A DNA stretch of 64,000 nucleotides from Candidatus Dojkabacteria bacterium. Its GTDB lineage: Bacteria > Patescibacteriota > Dojkabacteria > JAHIVN01. A model generated the notes under the pieces. The model searched no databases, was not told the DNA's origin, and saw only the letters and a list, made by a program, of their open reading frames with translations. Shown here one piece after another: positions 56,404 through 64,000 of the stretch; the first letter of the stretch is position 1; the number at the start of each line of letters is the position of its first letter. The position numbers were made by a program, and so were the translations under genes. Location of the stretch: assembly GCA_016932045.1 (NCBI GenBank), contig JAFGDO010000032.1:127612-191611 (forward strand), written 5' to 3'.

Positions 56404-58764
56404 TTAATAGACTACTACTGCGTTTCTTACAGATCCGCCTCCTAATGCGTACCGTCCCCAGAGACTATTAAAGGTCCCTACAGTATGGGTTCGTCGTCCT
56501 CTCCATGGATCATTAGTAATGATGTGTGTGGGGCTGCTTGAGGGACCAATAAAACCTACTGCTACTTCTGAATGCATTCCATTTACGCCCCTTACGTATC
56601 CTGATGGAGAATTCCAGTTTTTAGGAGGCCAGCTGGGGTTTGCCCATCCATTCTGCCACCAGATTATCACGGGATTACCTTGTTCTATTTCTTGAGCAAG
56701 TGCAACAACATTCCAGTTGTTTCTTATTCCAGCGCTTCTTCCTCGGCCGTTTATATAACCTGCAATTGGACTCCAGTATACCCCATAACCTCCGCACTCA
56801 CCTCCGCCATTTATATCTCCGACAAAACCTGAATTTGGATTTCCCCAGTAGGTAATGGTGTCTCCATCTTTCTGACATGGAGTATTATCTTTTGCTATCC
56901 CATTGTAAACACCCATTTCACTGCTTGCTGCTCCCTTGTAAGACAGAGCCATAGCTGCTGCAGTAACATTGCAGGTAAAGGCATGTGTTTGTCTATATTG
57001 CGGGACATCGAGGATAAAAACATTGTGTTCGGTAGTGAAAGATGAGGAAAAGTTCTGATTTGAATCAAGTCCGTAAACTGTTTTTACTCCTGCGGCAACT
57101 GTGACTGTATACTTTGTACTATAAGCAAGACTAGATGAAGGCTTAAAAATCATAGTATAACCACTCCAAGAAAAGCTTCCGGCAACAGAGGGAGAGATTG
57201 AGAATTTGCCTTGAGCTGAGGAATGGTCTACCTCTTGGTCAAAAACGACGTTTATTGAAGTACCTACTCTTATATTGCCTGCTCCATATCCGGGATTCCA
57301 GCCCACAACTCTCACTTTTCCGATTGTATCAAAAGAAAAGGTAATATCTTGTTCGGATATTCCTCCTGCTTGACTCTTTATCCCTTGGGTAAAGATGACT
57401 TCAAAGTGAGTTTCTTTGGGTAGAGGTTGTTTGGGTGTGAATATAAATGTTCTATCATCTTCCCATGTTTTGTCGCCTTCTGTTTCCGGAGTAATGAAAA
57501 AGGCGCTTTCTACAGTATCCTTTTGCATAGGATTGTCGAATACAACCTTTATTGCAACATTTGGCATCACATTGCCATCAGTCGGCTCCATGGACTCAAT
57601 GAGAGGAGCGCTGACAGTTGTGAATGCCAAGGTTTTTACGAGTACTTTGTCGCCACGTTTTGAAACTTCTCCGGTTTCAATATTTGATGAAAGAGGAATC
57701 TGGGATATTTCAAGGGTATAGGCCTCTCCTTGTCTTAAGGTGTTCAGATAAGAAAGTTTCACGATTTCGCTTCCGTCCCTGACTACTTCATAATTGACCT
57801 CTTTGTCGAATTTGAATTCCCAGTCTACATAGGCACCGTCTTTTTGATTTAGGTTTATAAGGAGGTCTTGGTCTATAGGCACATCGACAGAATTTTCTCC
57901 CGGAGTAATTGCCTGAATCTGGGGGAGAGAAATTGATTTAAATTGGATAAGGTGTTCACCTCCCTTCATTGTGTGATAATGATTAGTAAGGTCGGTAAGA
58001 TATATCATAATTGTTTGATCCGGGAAGATTGTTTCTTTTGGATAGAATTTTATTCTCCTGGTATAGGGCAGGAAGGAGAAATTCTTTTCAAATACCCAAC
58101 TGCCTTCTGTCTCTGGCGCCATGTTAATTATCAAGCTTTTTTCGTCTATCGGTACATCGAACTCTATTTCAATCGGGCGTGAATAATCGTTCCAAATCTC
58201 TTCCTCGCGAGGAAATACAGCATAATATTGAGGGTATGAAGTAAATTGCTTTTTTAGGTGAATAAAGAGGAAGGATAGAATGCAGAGGTTTAAAAAAATA
58301 ATTTTAGCTATCCACAATGCAAAAAACGGGATTTTTATCTCAAACTTTACTAATTTCAGCCTTATTTTTGTCCTCCTTTTTCTATCAAAGTTTCCTAGAC
58401 TAAACGGAATGATTGCAAATTTGACTATTCTAGCTAATATATCTTTCAGCTTTGAAAGTAGATTCTTTATTTTTGTCAATTTTTTGATATCGGGGCTTAT
58501 TTCCTTTGCCTTTTTTTCAACGCTTTCGTCTAGGGAAGAAACTCCTAAATCTTTACCATGTCCTTTTTTCTTTGATTTTAGAATGAACGAGTATACTATT
58601 TTTGAAACAGCTGAGACGTCGATCAGGAGCAAAAAGGGCAAAAGAATAAGAGCAGCAATTATTACATGTTCAAACTCCGGCGATTTTATATAGCCCCAAA
58701 GAGCACTTGCGGCTGCAGTTAATGTTACAACGGCATATTTTAAGTACTTTACTATCTGTTCCAT
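56404..58764 (-). CDS. large surface protein with Ig-like repeats and C-terminal peptidase C39-like domain
   Basis: N-terminal TMs, repeated beta-rich segments, C-terminal ILDVPQYRQTHAFTCNVTAAAMAL (C39-like Cys) with downstream His region. Confidence 0.65.
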   Translation of the reverse strand: MEQIVKYLKYAVVTLTAAASALWGYIKSPEFEHVIIAALILLPFLLLIDVSAVSKIVYSFILKSKKKGHGKDLGVSSLDESVEKKAKEISPDIKKLTKIKNLLSKLKDILARIVKFAIIPFSLGNFDRKRRTKIRLKLVKFEIKIPFFALWIAKIIFLNLCILSFLFIHLKKQFTSYPQYYAVFPREEEIWNDYSRPIEIEFDVPIDEKSLIINMAPETEGSWVFEKNFSFLPYTRRIKFYPKETIFPDQTIMIYLTDLTNHYHTMKGGEHLIQFKSISLPQIQAITPGENSVDVPIDQDLLINLNQKDGAYVDWEFKFDKEVNYEVVRDGSEIVKLSYLNTLRQGEAYTLEISQIPLSSNIETGEVSKRGDKVLVKTLAFTTVSAPLIESMEPTDGNVMPNVAIKVVFDNPMQKDTVESAFFITPETEGDKTWEDDRTFIFTPKQPLPKETHFEVIFTQGIKSQAGGISEQDITFSFDTIGKVRVVGWNPGYGAGNIRVGTSINVVFDQEVDHSSAQGKFSISPSVAGSFSWSGYTMIFKPSSSLAYSTKYTVTVAAGVKTVYGLDSNQNFSSSFTTEHNVFILDVPQYRQTHAFTCNVTAAAMALSYKGAASSEMGVYNGIAKDNTPCQKDGDTITYWGNPNSGFVGDINGGGECGGYGVYWSPIAGYINGRGRSAGIRNNWNVVALAQEIEQGNPVIIWWQNGWANPSWPPKNWNSPSGYVRGVNGMHSEVAVGFIGPSSSPTHIITNDPWRGRRTHTVGTFNSLWGRYALGGGSVRNAVVVY

Positions 58765-58871
58765 GACTTATAAACATAATACAAATCAACTTGGTTTGTC
58801 AATTTTATATAAAACGTATAGTTTGTGTAAATACTTACACCCCTAGGAGAAGTGCAAATATACTTACAATT

Positions 58872-61379
58872 CTATTTAGTTATGTCATTATATGCCTCGG
58901 CAAGAGTGGTGTAGATGACCGGACCCGAGTCGGATTTTACATTGTACAGGTCAATGTATTCGTAAGCCGGTTCAAGAATTTTCCGATCTTCACTAAATGC
59001 ATGGGCATGTGAAAGGTATGTAACAACTTTAAATTCTTTCTGAATTCCTTCTGTAAAGTTATCTTGAAATCTTTTTATAAGATCCTCAGTTCGATACAGA
59101 TAAGTGTCAGCTCCATTATTGGGGAACTCCCAGAGATTAAGAGTTGGAGGAGTAGGGGAGTTTTGGTTATTTACTGAGGGTTTAAATGGCTGAGTTGTCG
59201 ATTTTAGATTCCAAGGGGATTGTAGTTTAGTTGATTTAGATCCCCAGATGATAAAGTCTCTTCCGGAAGTGTCAATTAAAAAACCACTGTCCTGAAGAGC
59301 TTTCAGAGTATTTTCGTCTGCACTCCACCCGCCTGCCCTAAATGATGTAGGTGTTCCGAGTCCTTTTTCAGAGAATTTTTTCTTTGACCAAGCAAGGATT
59401 TTCATAAATTCTGGATATGTATAAGCATAGCAAGGTACATCATGGCCATCGTTTATGTAATCTGTCCATTTCGGCTGTGTTCTGAAAGTTACCTGGGACG
59501 CTTCAATAATTTCTCTGTGCATGTGAAGGTGAAGAGCAATTTCATCACCTGCGTATTTTCTCTTTATGATCCAAGAAGTTAGCTGTTCAGCTCTTTCGCT
59601 GCTTATTTTGTCAGAAACATAGATTCTTGGATTGAACATGTGACTTATGGGTAGATTATTGTGCTTTTGAGTAAAATCAACAATTTCTGCAAGTTCTTCA
59701 TCTTTTGTATCTGATCCCTCCCAATCGATTGTCCAAATTACATAAACAGGATATGAAAGGTTAAAGCTTATTTTTTCTGTTTCATAATTTTTTCCGTTAA
59801 CTAGAACGCTAGTTTTCATCTCATACGTCCCTACTTCTAGTGAAGCCAGGTCAATTTCCTGAGTAAATAGTCCGGACTCATTTTTTTGGAGTTCGCCCGT
59901 TACGGTGGTACCTTGTATTTCAAACTTAGGTGGTAGGTCCAGATTATCTACGTTTTTTACTTCAAGTGTATAATTAAGCTTTGAGTACTTTTCGTTGTTT
60001 CCTGTTGTGCCTTTGAGAATCCATTTCCGCTCTATACTAGCGATTAATTCTGGCTCACCAATATTTGTAGTAGCTACGCCCTTTATCTCAGGAGAAAATA
60101 AATTTTGAATATCCGGTGGATCATCTGTATTTACCAGTTGTCTAATGCCAATATATGCGGTAAGGATTGAAGTAATGATAATTGGGAACAGCAATAGAAA
60201 ATACTTTTCTTTTAGTAAATCAGGCTTTTTACGGTGACTTTTCATTCTTAACTTAGGTAATTTAGCTACTTTTTCTATACTTTTAAACTTTTCGAGACCT
60301 ATTTTAGCCTTTTCTGAATAAATTACAAAGTAAGCACTTGCGGTAATTAACACAACGAAAGAGGCAAGTACCTCTGAAACTTGAGGGAAGCGAATACCAA
60401 GCGCAAATTCTGTTATTTGTAATATTAATATATGATAAATGAACAGCGAAAACGCATTGCTTCCAAGGAATATAATGGCCTCCTTTAAGGGTTCAAGTGT
60501 GAAGTTTTTTATTTTGATTTGAATTAAGAAGATTATTGTAATGGCAAAGGAAAGGCCGATAAGTATGAATCCGACTGATGGCGGCCATCTTTGGAATTTC
60601 TCGTCTAAGGGGAATCGGCTAAGAGGTTCAATTAAAGTGAAAAGTGAGAGGAAGATTATAGAGATGAGTGTTATAATAGATAAATTTTGAACCCTTGTTT
60701 TGAGAGTTTTCGTTTTTTTTAGGAGTTGTCCAAGAAGAATGCCAATTAGAAAAATTCCAAGGTATTGTAAGATTGGAAAGCGATACCAGTTTGACTCGCC
60801 GGCAACGAGAGCTTTGTAATATGTCAAAGGTGATGGGAGTGAGATGTGGTAAAGTATATGTCCCAAAAGGTAGGAAATAATTCCAACAGAAAGTGCAAGA
60901 TATTTACTCCTTATTAAAGCACCGATTTTTTTGCGAAAAACGATAACAAGTAGACTGTAGAAGATAAATGGAAGTAAAAATTCTGTATATCCCGGAACCT
61001 TTACAAAAAATATTATTTCAAAGATATTTTTAAGCCATTCGGTTGTTATTGGAAGAGGGAAATCTTTGAGAGAAGAGATAATAGCTGCAAAGTAATACCC
61101 CAAAAGTAATTTGATAATTCTGTTGAAAAATTTTCTCTTTTTCTTTTTCCAGTCTTTTTCAGTAACACTTAGTGCAGAGTAATAGACAGCAGATCCGGAA
61201 ACAAGCAGGAAAGTCGTAAAACATACAGTATCGCCAAGCTTTTGGAGGAAGTTAAGTAAAGAGCTGTTGCTCTCATCAAAAAAAGCAATTGTGTGAGCTA
61301 AAATCATAAGAAAGACGGCTATTCCCCGTAGTATATCAAATGATAATTCACGTTTTTGAGGAGAAGTCCTTTTTCGCAT
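58872..61379 (-). CDS. acyltransferase-3 family membrane domain fused to C-terminal deacetylase-like (CE4-like) extracytoplasmic domain
   Basis: N-terminal FDILRGIAVFLMILAH (acyltransferase_3 signature) and about 10 TMs. C-terminal IDWEG…HLHMH…FRAGGW…IDTSGRD…LSHAH motifs, ordered like the NodB/CE4 metal-binding motifs. Confidence 0.65.
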   Translation of the reverse strand: MRKRTSPQKRELSFDILRGIAVFLMILAHTIAFFDESNSSLLNFLQKLGDTVCFTTFLLVSGSAVYYSALSVTEKDWKKKKRKFFNRIIKLLLGYYFAAIISSLKDFPLPITTEWLKNIFEIIFFVKVPGYTEFLLPFIFYSLLVIVFRKKIGALIRSKYLALSVGIISYLLGHILYHISLPSPLTYYKALVAGESNWYRFPILQYLGIFLIGILLGQLLKKTKTLKTRVQNLSIITLISIIFLSLFTLIEPLSRFPLDEKFQRWPPSVGFILIGLSFAITIIFLIQIKIKNFTLEPLKEAIIFLGSNAFSLFIYHILILQITEFALGIRFPQVSEVLASFVVLITASAYFVIYSEKAKIGLEKFKSIEKVAKLPKLRMKSHRKKPDLLKEKYFLLLFPIIITSILTAYIGIRQLVNTDDPPDIQNLFSPEIKGVATTNIGEPELIASIERKWILKGTTGNNEKYSKLNYTLEVKNVDNLDLPPKFEIQGTTVTGELQKNESGLFTQEIDLASLEVGTYEMKTSVLVNGKNYETEKISFNLSYPVYVIWTIDWEGSDTKDEELAEIVDFTQKHNNLPISHMFNPRIYVSDKISSERAEQLTSWIIKRKYAGDEIALHLHMHREIIEASQVTFRTQPKWTDYINDGHDVPCYAYTYPEFMKILAWSKKKFSEKGLGTPTSFRAGGWSADENTLKALQDSGFLIDTSGRDFIIWGSKSTKLQSPWNLKSTTQPFKPSVNNQNSPTPPTLNLWEFPNNGADTYLYRTEDLIKRFQDNFTEGIQKEFKVVTYLSHAHAFSEDRKILEPAYEYIDLYNVKSDSGPVIYTTLAEAYNDITK

Positions 61380-61573
61380 TATTCTGATTTAAGACTGAAG
61401 AACTAAAGCCAGAAACTCTCGTCCCTACAAAGTTTTGTGGCTTTTAAATTATATCACAAGAAGAATTGCAAAAATAGGAATTTGTTGGTTATCTATGTCG
61501 CACGGTCATGGACTTTGCATTTAGGAGTTGATCTAAATCATCAACTCGACTAGCTAAGTCATCTAGATCATTC

Positions 61574-63343
61574 TTATTTCAGGTCTTTATATGCTTCCTG
61601 GAGTGTGACGTATAAAACCGGACCTTGATCCAGAGTTACGAGGTGCTGATCTATATAGTTGAAGGTTGGCGTCAGCACTTCAAGATCAGTGTGAATTTGG
61701 TGCGGATGGGAAAGGTAAGTAACTACTTGTGGTTGATTAAGTGGTGCATTGGCATAATTTGCATTAAACCTGTTTGTTAAATCTTCGGATTTAAAAAACC
61801 AGCTGTCGGCTCCATTATTTGTGAGTTCCATAATATTGAAATTCGGTGGAGGAGAGGAGGAGTTTTGGTTTGATTTCGAGGGGTAGTATGGGTGTGTTGT
61901 GGCAGAAAGATTCCAGTAGCCCTTTAATCTATTTGCCCCCCAAACATAACTATCTCTTCCAGATGTATCAATTAAAAAACCATTATTTTCGAGTGCTTGG
62001 AGAACCTTAAGGTCAGCAAACCACCCTCCAGCTCTGAATGAAACTGGACTCGGAAGTCCTTGATTTAAGAATTCATCTTTCGACCAGGAGATGATTTGAG
62101 TGAGTTCCTCAACCGTATAGGCAGTCATGGGAACATCATGTCCATTATTTAAGTAGTTTGTCCATTTGGGCGTTTGTCTTGGAGTTATCCCTGCAGATTG
62201 TACTAGGTCATAATGCATATGCAAATGCATGCCGATTTCATCTCCGCTCATCTGTCTTTGCGTGACCCATTTTGTCAGATCCCGCGTACGTTCTTCCGAT
62301 ACTTCTGATGTAACGTAAATTCTCGGATTAAACATATGGGTTATTGGGACGTTATGTTGAATTGAAAATTCTTCTAGCCTTGCTAGCTCATCGTCTGGAA
62401 CATCTGTTCCTTCCCAGTCCATTGTCCAGGTTATGTATAATGGTTCGGAGATAAAAACATGCGTTTTAGGGCTTTTGTATTCTTCACCTGAAGAGATTAC
62501 AGTAGCCTGAATCTGATAAGAGCCAATGGGTAAGTCACTTACAGCGATTTCTTTCGAGTACCACCCCTTGCCCATAAATTCTAACTCTCCTGTGATACCA
62601 CTTCCTAAAAGTTCATATGTAGGGTATGAGTCGGGAGCTATAGACTCGTCAATTTTTAAGGTATACGTGAGTTGAGAGAATTCAGGGAATTCTTTGGTAT
62701 CTTTCAAGATCCAGTGTCTGCTGACTTCTCCAGCTATCTGCGGGTACACAATTCTGTTTATATAAGCCTTTATATTTTGAGCATAAAGTTTTCCATCAAG
62801 ATCTAGAGGATTTACCTGTGCTGCAGAAGCATTCCCATAATAGAGAAAATAGTTGTCGTCTTTGCTTTTAGATTCAATGTCGGTTTGTGGCAAAAAAAGT
62901 ACTTTTGTTTTGGATGTATTGGGTTCAAGAATACGTATCTGTACTTCTGTGTAAGCGTCATTCTCAAAATATAGAAGCCGCAAATCTCCTCCATCAGCGC
63001 GCGATCGTTTATCATCGACAAACAGTGAGTGGTTAAATTCCAGGGTTATAAGACATTCCTTCGAGAGGGATATAGATTTATTTAGATTCTCAATGGAGAT
63101 TTGCTTAAAGTATGAATACTCATCGCTCCACCAGGGATGGTCGTCTGAGTAATCGTTTAAAATTACAGTTTCAATACTTTCTGGTAAATCTGGAGAACAC
63201 TGTTTGTCGGGTTGTCCAGTTCCACCGCCGTCCTGTCCGAAGAATAGTAGTTTTATAGAGACGACTAGACCGGTTATTGATATTGCAAGTATTATTACTA
63301 CTGTGCAGAAATATTTGTTTTTTAGTAATGGCTTTTTTTCCAT
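61574..63343 (-). CDS. paralog of the C-terminal deacetylase-like domain, with single N-terminal TM
   Basis: MDWEG…HLHMH…FRAGGW…IDTSGRD…LSHPH, highly similar to the C-terminal half of 58872..61379. Start probably ATG 63343. Confidence 0.65.
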   Translation of the reverse strand: MEKKPLLKNKYFCTVVIILAISITGLVVSIKLLFFGQDGGGTGQPDKQCSPDLPESIETVILNDYSDDHPWWSDEYSYFKQISIENLNKSISLSKECLITLEFNHSLFVDDKRSRADGGDLRLLYFENDAYTEVQIRILEPNTSKTKVLFLPQTDIESKSKDDNYFLYYGNASAAQVNPLDLDGKLYAQNIKAYINRIVYPQIAGEVSRHWILKDTKEFPEFSQLTYTLKIDESIAPDSYPTYELLGSGITGELEFMGKGWYSKEIAVSDLPIGSYQIQATVISSGEEYKSPKTHVFISEPLYITWTMDWEGTDVPDDELARLEEFSIQHNVPITHMFNPRIYVTSEVSEERTRDLTKWVTQRQMSGDEIGMHLHMHYDLVQSAGITPRQTPKWTNYLNNGHDVPMTAYTVEELTQIISWSKDEFLNQGLPSPVSFRAGGWFADLKVLQALENNGFLIDTSGRDSYVWGANRLKGYWNLSATTHPYYPSKSNQNSSSPPPNFNIMELTNNGADSWFFKSEDLTNRFNANYANAPLNQPQVVTYLSHPHQIHTDLEVLTPTFNYIDQHLVTLDQGPVLYVTLQEAYKDLK

Positions 63344-63391
63344 AATTAGCGATTTCTTTTTTATTATAACGCAGTAGGAAGGAAAGGGGAA

Positions 63392-63460
63392 CACTTCGGC
63401 AGGCTCAGTGTAGACACTTCGGCAAGATTCGACTAACTCATCTCAAGGGCTCAGTGCAGA
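63392..63460 (-). repeat. family B copies (inverted orientation) between the last CDS and tRNA-Ser
   Basis: ACACTTCGGCAGGCTCAGTG, whose reverse complement is CACTGAGCCTGCCGAAGTGT. Additional partial copies ACACTTCGGCAAG and GGGCTCAGTGCAG. Confidence 0.45.
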
Positions 63461-63576
63461 TTCTTACTGGTGGATATACGGCAGCACAGATTGCTATAAC
63501 TGGCTGGTAATTGTTTAAAATGTGTTGATTTGTTATACTCAAAAGACATAATATTAAGACAGAAATTGGTTCTAGT

Positions 63577-63667
63577 GGAGAGGTGCCTGAGTGGTTAAAA
63601 GGAACGGTTTGCTAAACCGTCGTACGGCAAACAAGCTGTACCGAGGGTTCGAATCCCTCCCTCTCCG
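63577..63667 (+). tRNA. tRNA-Ser (anticodon GCU), class II with long variable arm
   Basis: Acceptor GGAGAGG/CCTCTCC, D-arm TGCCTGAGTGGTTAAAAGGAA, anticodon loop TTGCTAA (U33, GCU, A37), long variable arm, T-arm GAGGGTTCGAATCCCTC, discriminator G. No encoded CCA. Confidence 0.85.
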
Positions 63668-63689
63668 TTCGATTCGTCACGCAAGGCAT

Positions 63690-64000
63690 GATTCACTCAC
63701 GGCAGGCCGTTCTTTGAGTCTTTGGCTTAGCCGAGCTGAAGTCCAGGCTCACCACAAGGTGAGATTGTTAAACTATTGAAAAAGTAATGGATGAAGAACT
63801 CTGAAGGATGGTTCGCCTGCCTTGTGAAGCTGAACAGAGTGGAGTGCAGTGCAGAAGGGAATCCCTGTCTGCCGACAGGCAGGCCTCCCTCTCAGTTTGT
63901 TGAAATAATGTGTATCTTTTATTTATAATTTAATAATTGTCACTTAAAATGGTCCAAAATCAAGAAGAAACAAAAGTCCCAGTAGGGGAGCTCCCCCGAA
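63690..64000 (+). ncRNA. rnpB: probable RNase P RNA, 5' portion (continues past window end)
   Basis: GC-rich structured stretch in an AT-rich genome. GCTGAAGTCCAGGCTCACCACAAGGTGAGATTG resembles the conserved P4/P5 region (GGAAAGUCCGGGCUCC, and the Bacillus-type AAGUCCAUGCUCGCACGGUGCUGAGAUG). Downstream GGUUCGCCUGCC and GUGCAGUGCAGAAGGGAAUCCC resemble the GUAACGCCUGGG and CAGUGCAACAGAGAGCAAACC regions. Confidence 0.45.

Noticed and set aside
63591-63779. 62-aa ORF on the + strand
   Set aside because: It lies entirely within the tRNA-Ser and the GC-rich RNase-P-like RNA. The sequence is explained by structured RNA, not protein.
1-64000. Mobile elements, prophage, CRISPR-Cas, rRNA operons
   Set aside because: No transposase, integrase, recombinase, phage structural or cas-like ORFs. 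No regular repeat-spacer arrays. No rRNA-like conserved blocks seen. The Lys-poor gene pockets are flagged as compositional anomalies only, not called as mobile elements.

Overview
The window is AT-rich with short genes and lysine-rich proteins. It contains a monoderm-type sortase, an ftsQ-ftsA-ftsZ cluster, many membrane and surface proteins with GT39 and peptidase C39-like domains, and fermentative enzymes (2-oxoacid:ferredoxin oxidoreductase, ADP-forming acetyl-CoA synthetase). Together these point to a small-genome Patescibacteria/CPR-like bacterium. This is an inference; no database search was possible. Housekeeping content: the replication origin region (dnaA-dnaN flanked by two DnaA-box clusters), trmD, prmC, adk, trxA, rpsO, ftsQAZ, rpoD, one tRNA-Ser(GCU) followed by a likely RNase P RNA 5' part, and a cobalamin riboswitch. 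Unusual content, in order along the window: (1) A peptidoglycan-like peptide-ligation cluster at 9.8-16.2 kb. It has two MurF-like ligases that both lack the canonical N-terminal UDP-substrate domain (one carries about 220 aa of polytopic membrane domain instead), with a DegT aminotransferase, a FemAB-family transferase and an S51 peptidase. (2) A CYTH / HldE-domain-II-like nucleotidyltransferase / Nudix trio. (3) A split AmmeMemoRadiSam system with three inserted genes and an alkyltransferase-like (ATL) protein. (4) A UvrD-helicase/Cas4-like nuclease fusion next to a YhaM-like nuclease. (5) A cobalamin riboswitch driving a DUF4430 protein plus a putative ECF S-component. (6) A cell-envelope cluster with tandem paralogous deacetylase-like proteins, one fused to an acyltransferase-3 membrane domain. 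(7) Three pockets of genes with atypical, less lysine-rich composition. (8) Two families of short dispersed intergenic repeats. No CRISPR array, transposase, integrase or rRNA was seen.
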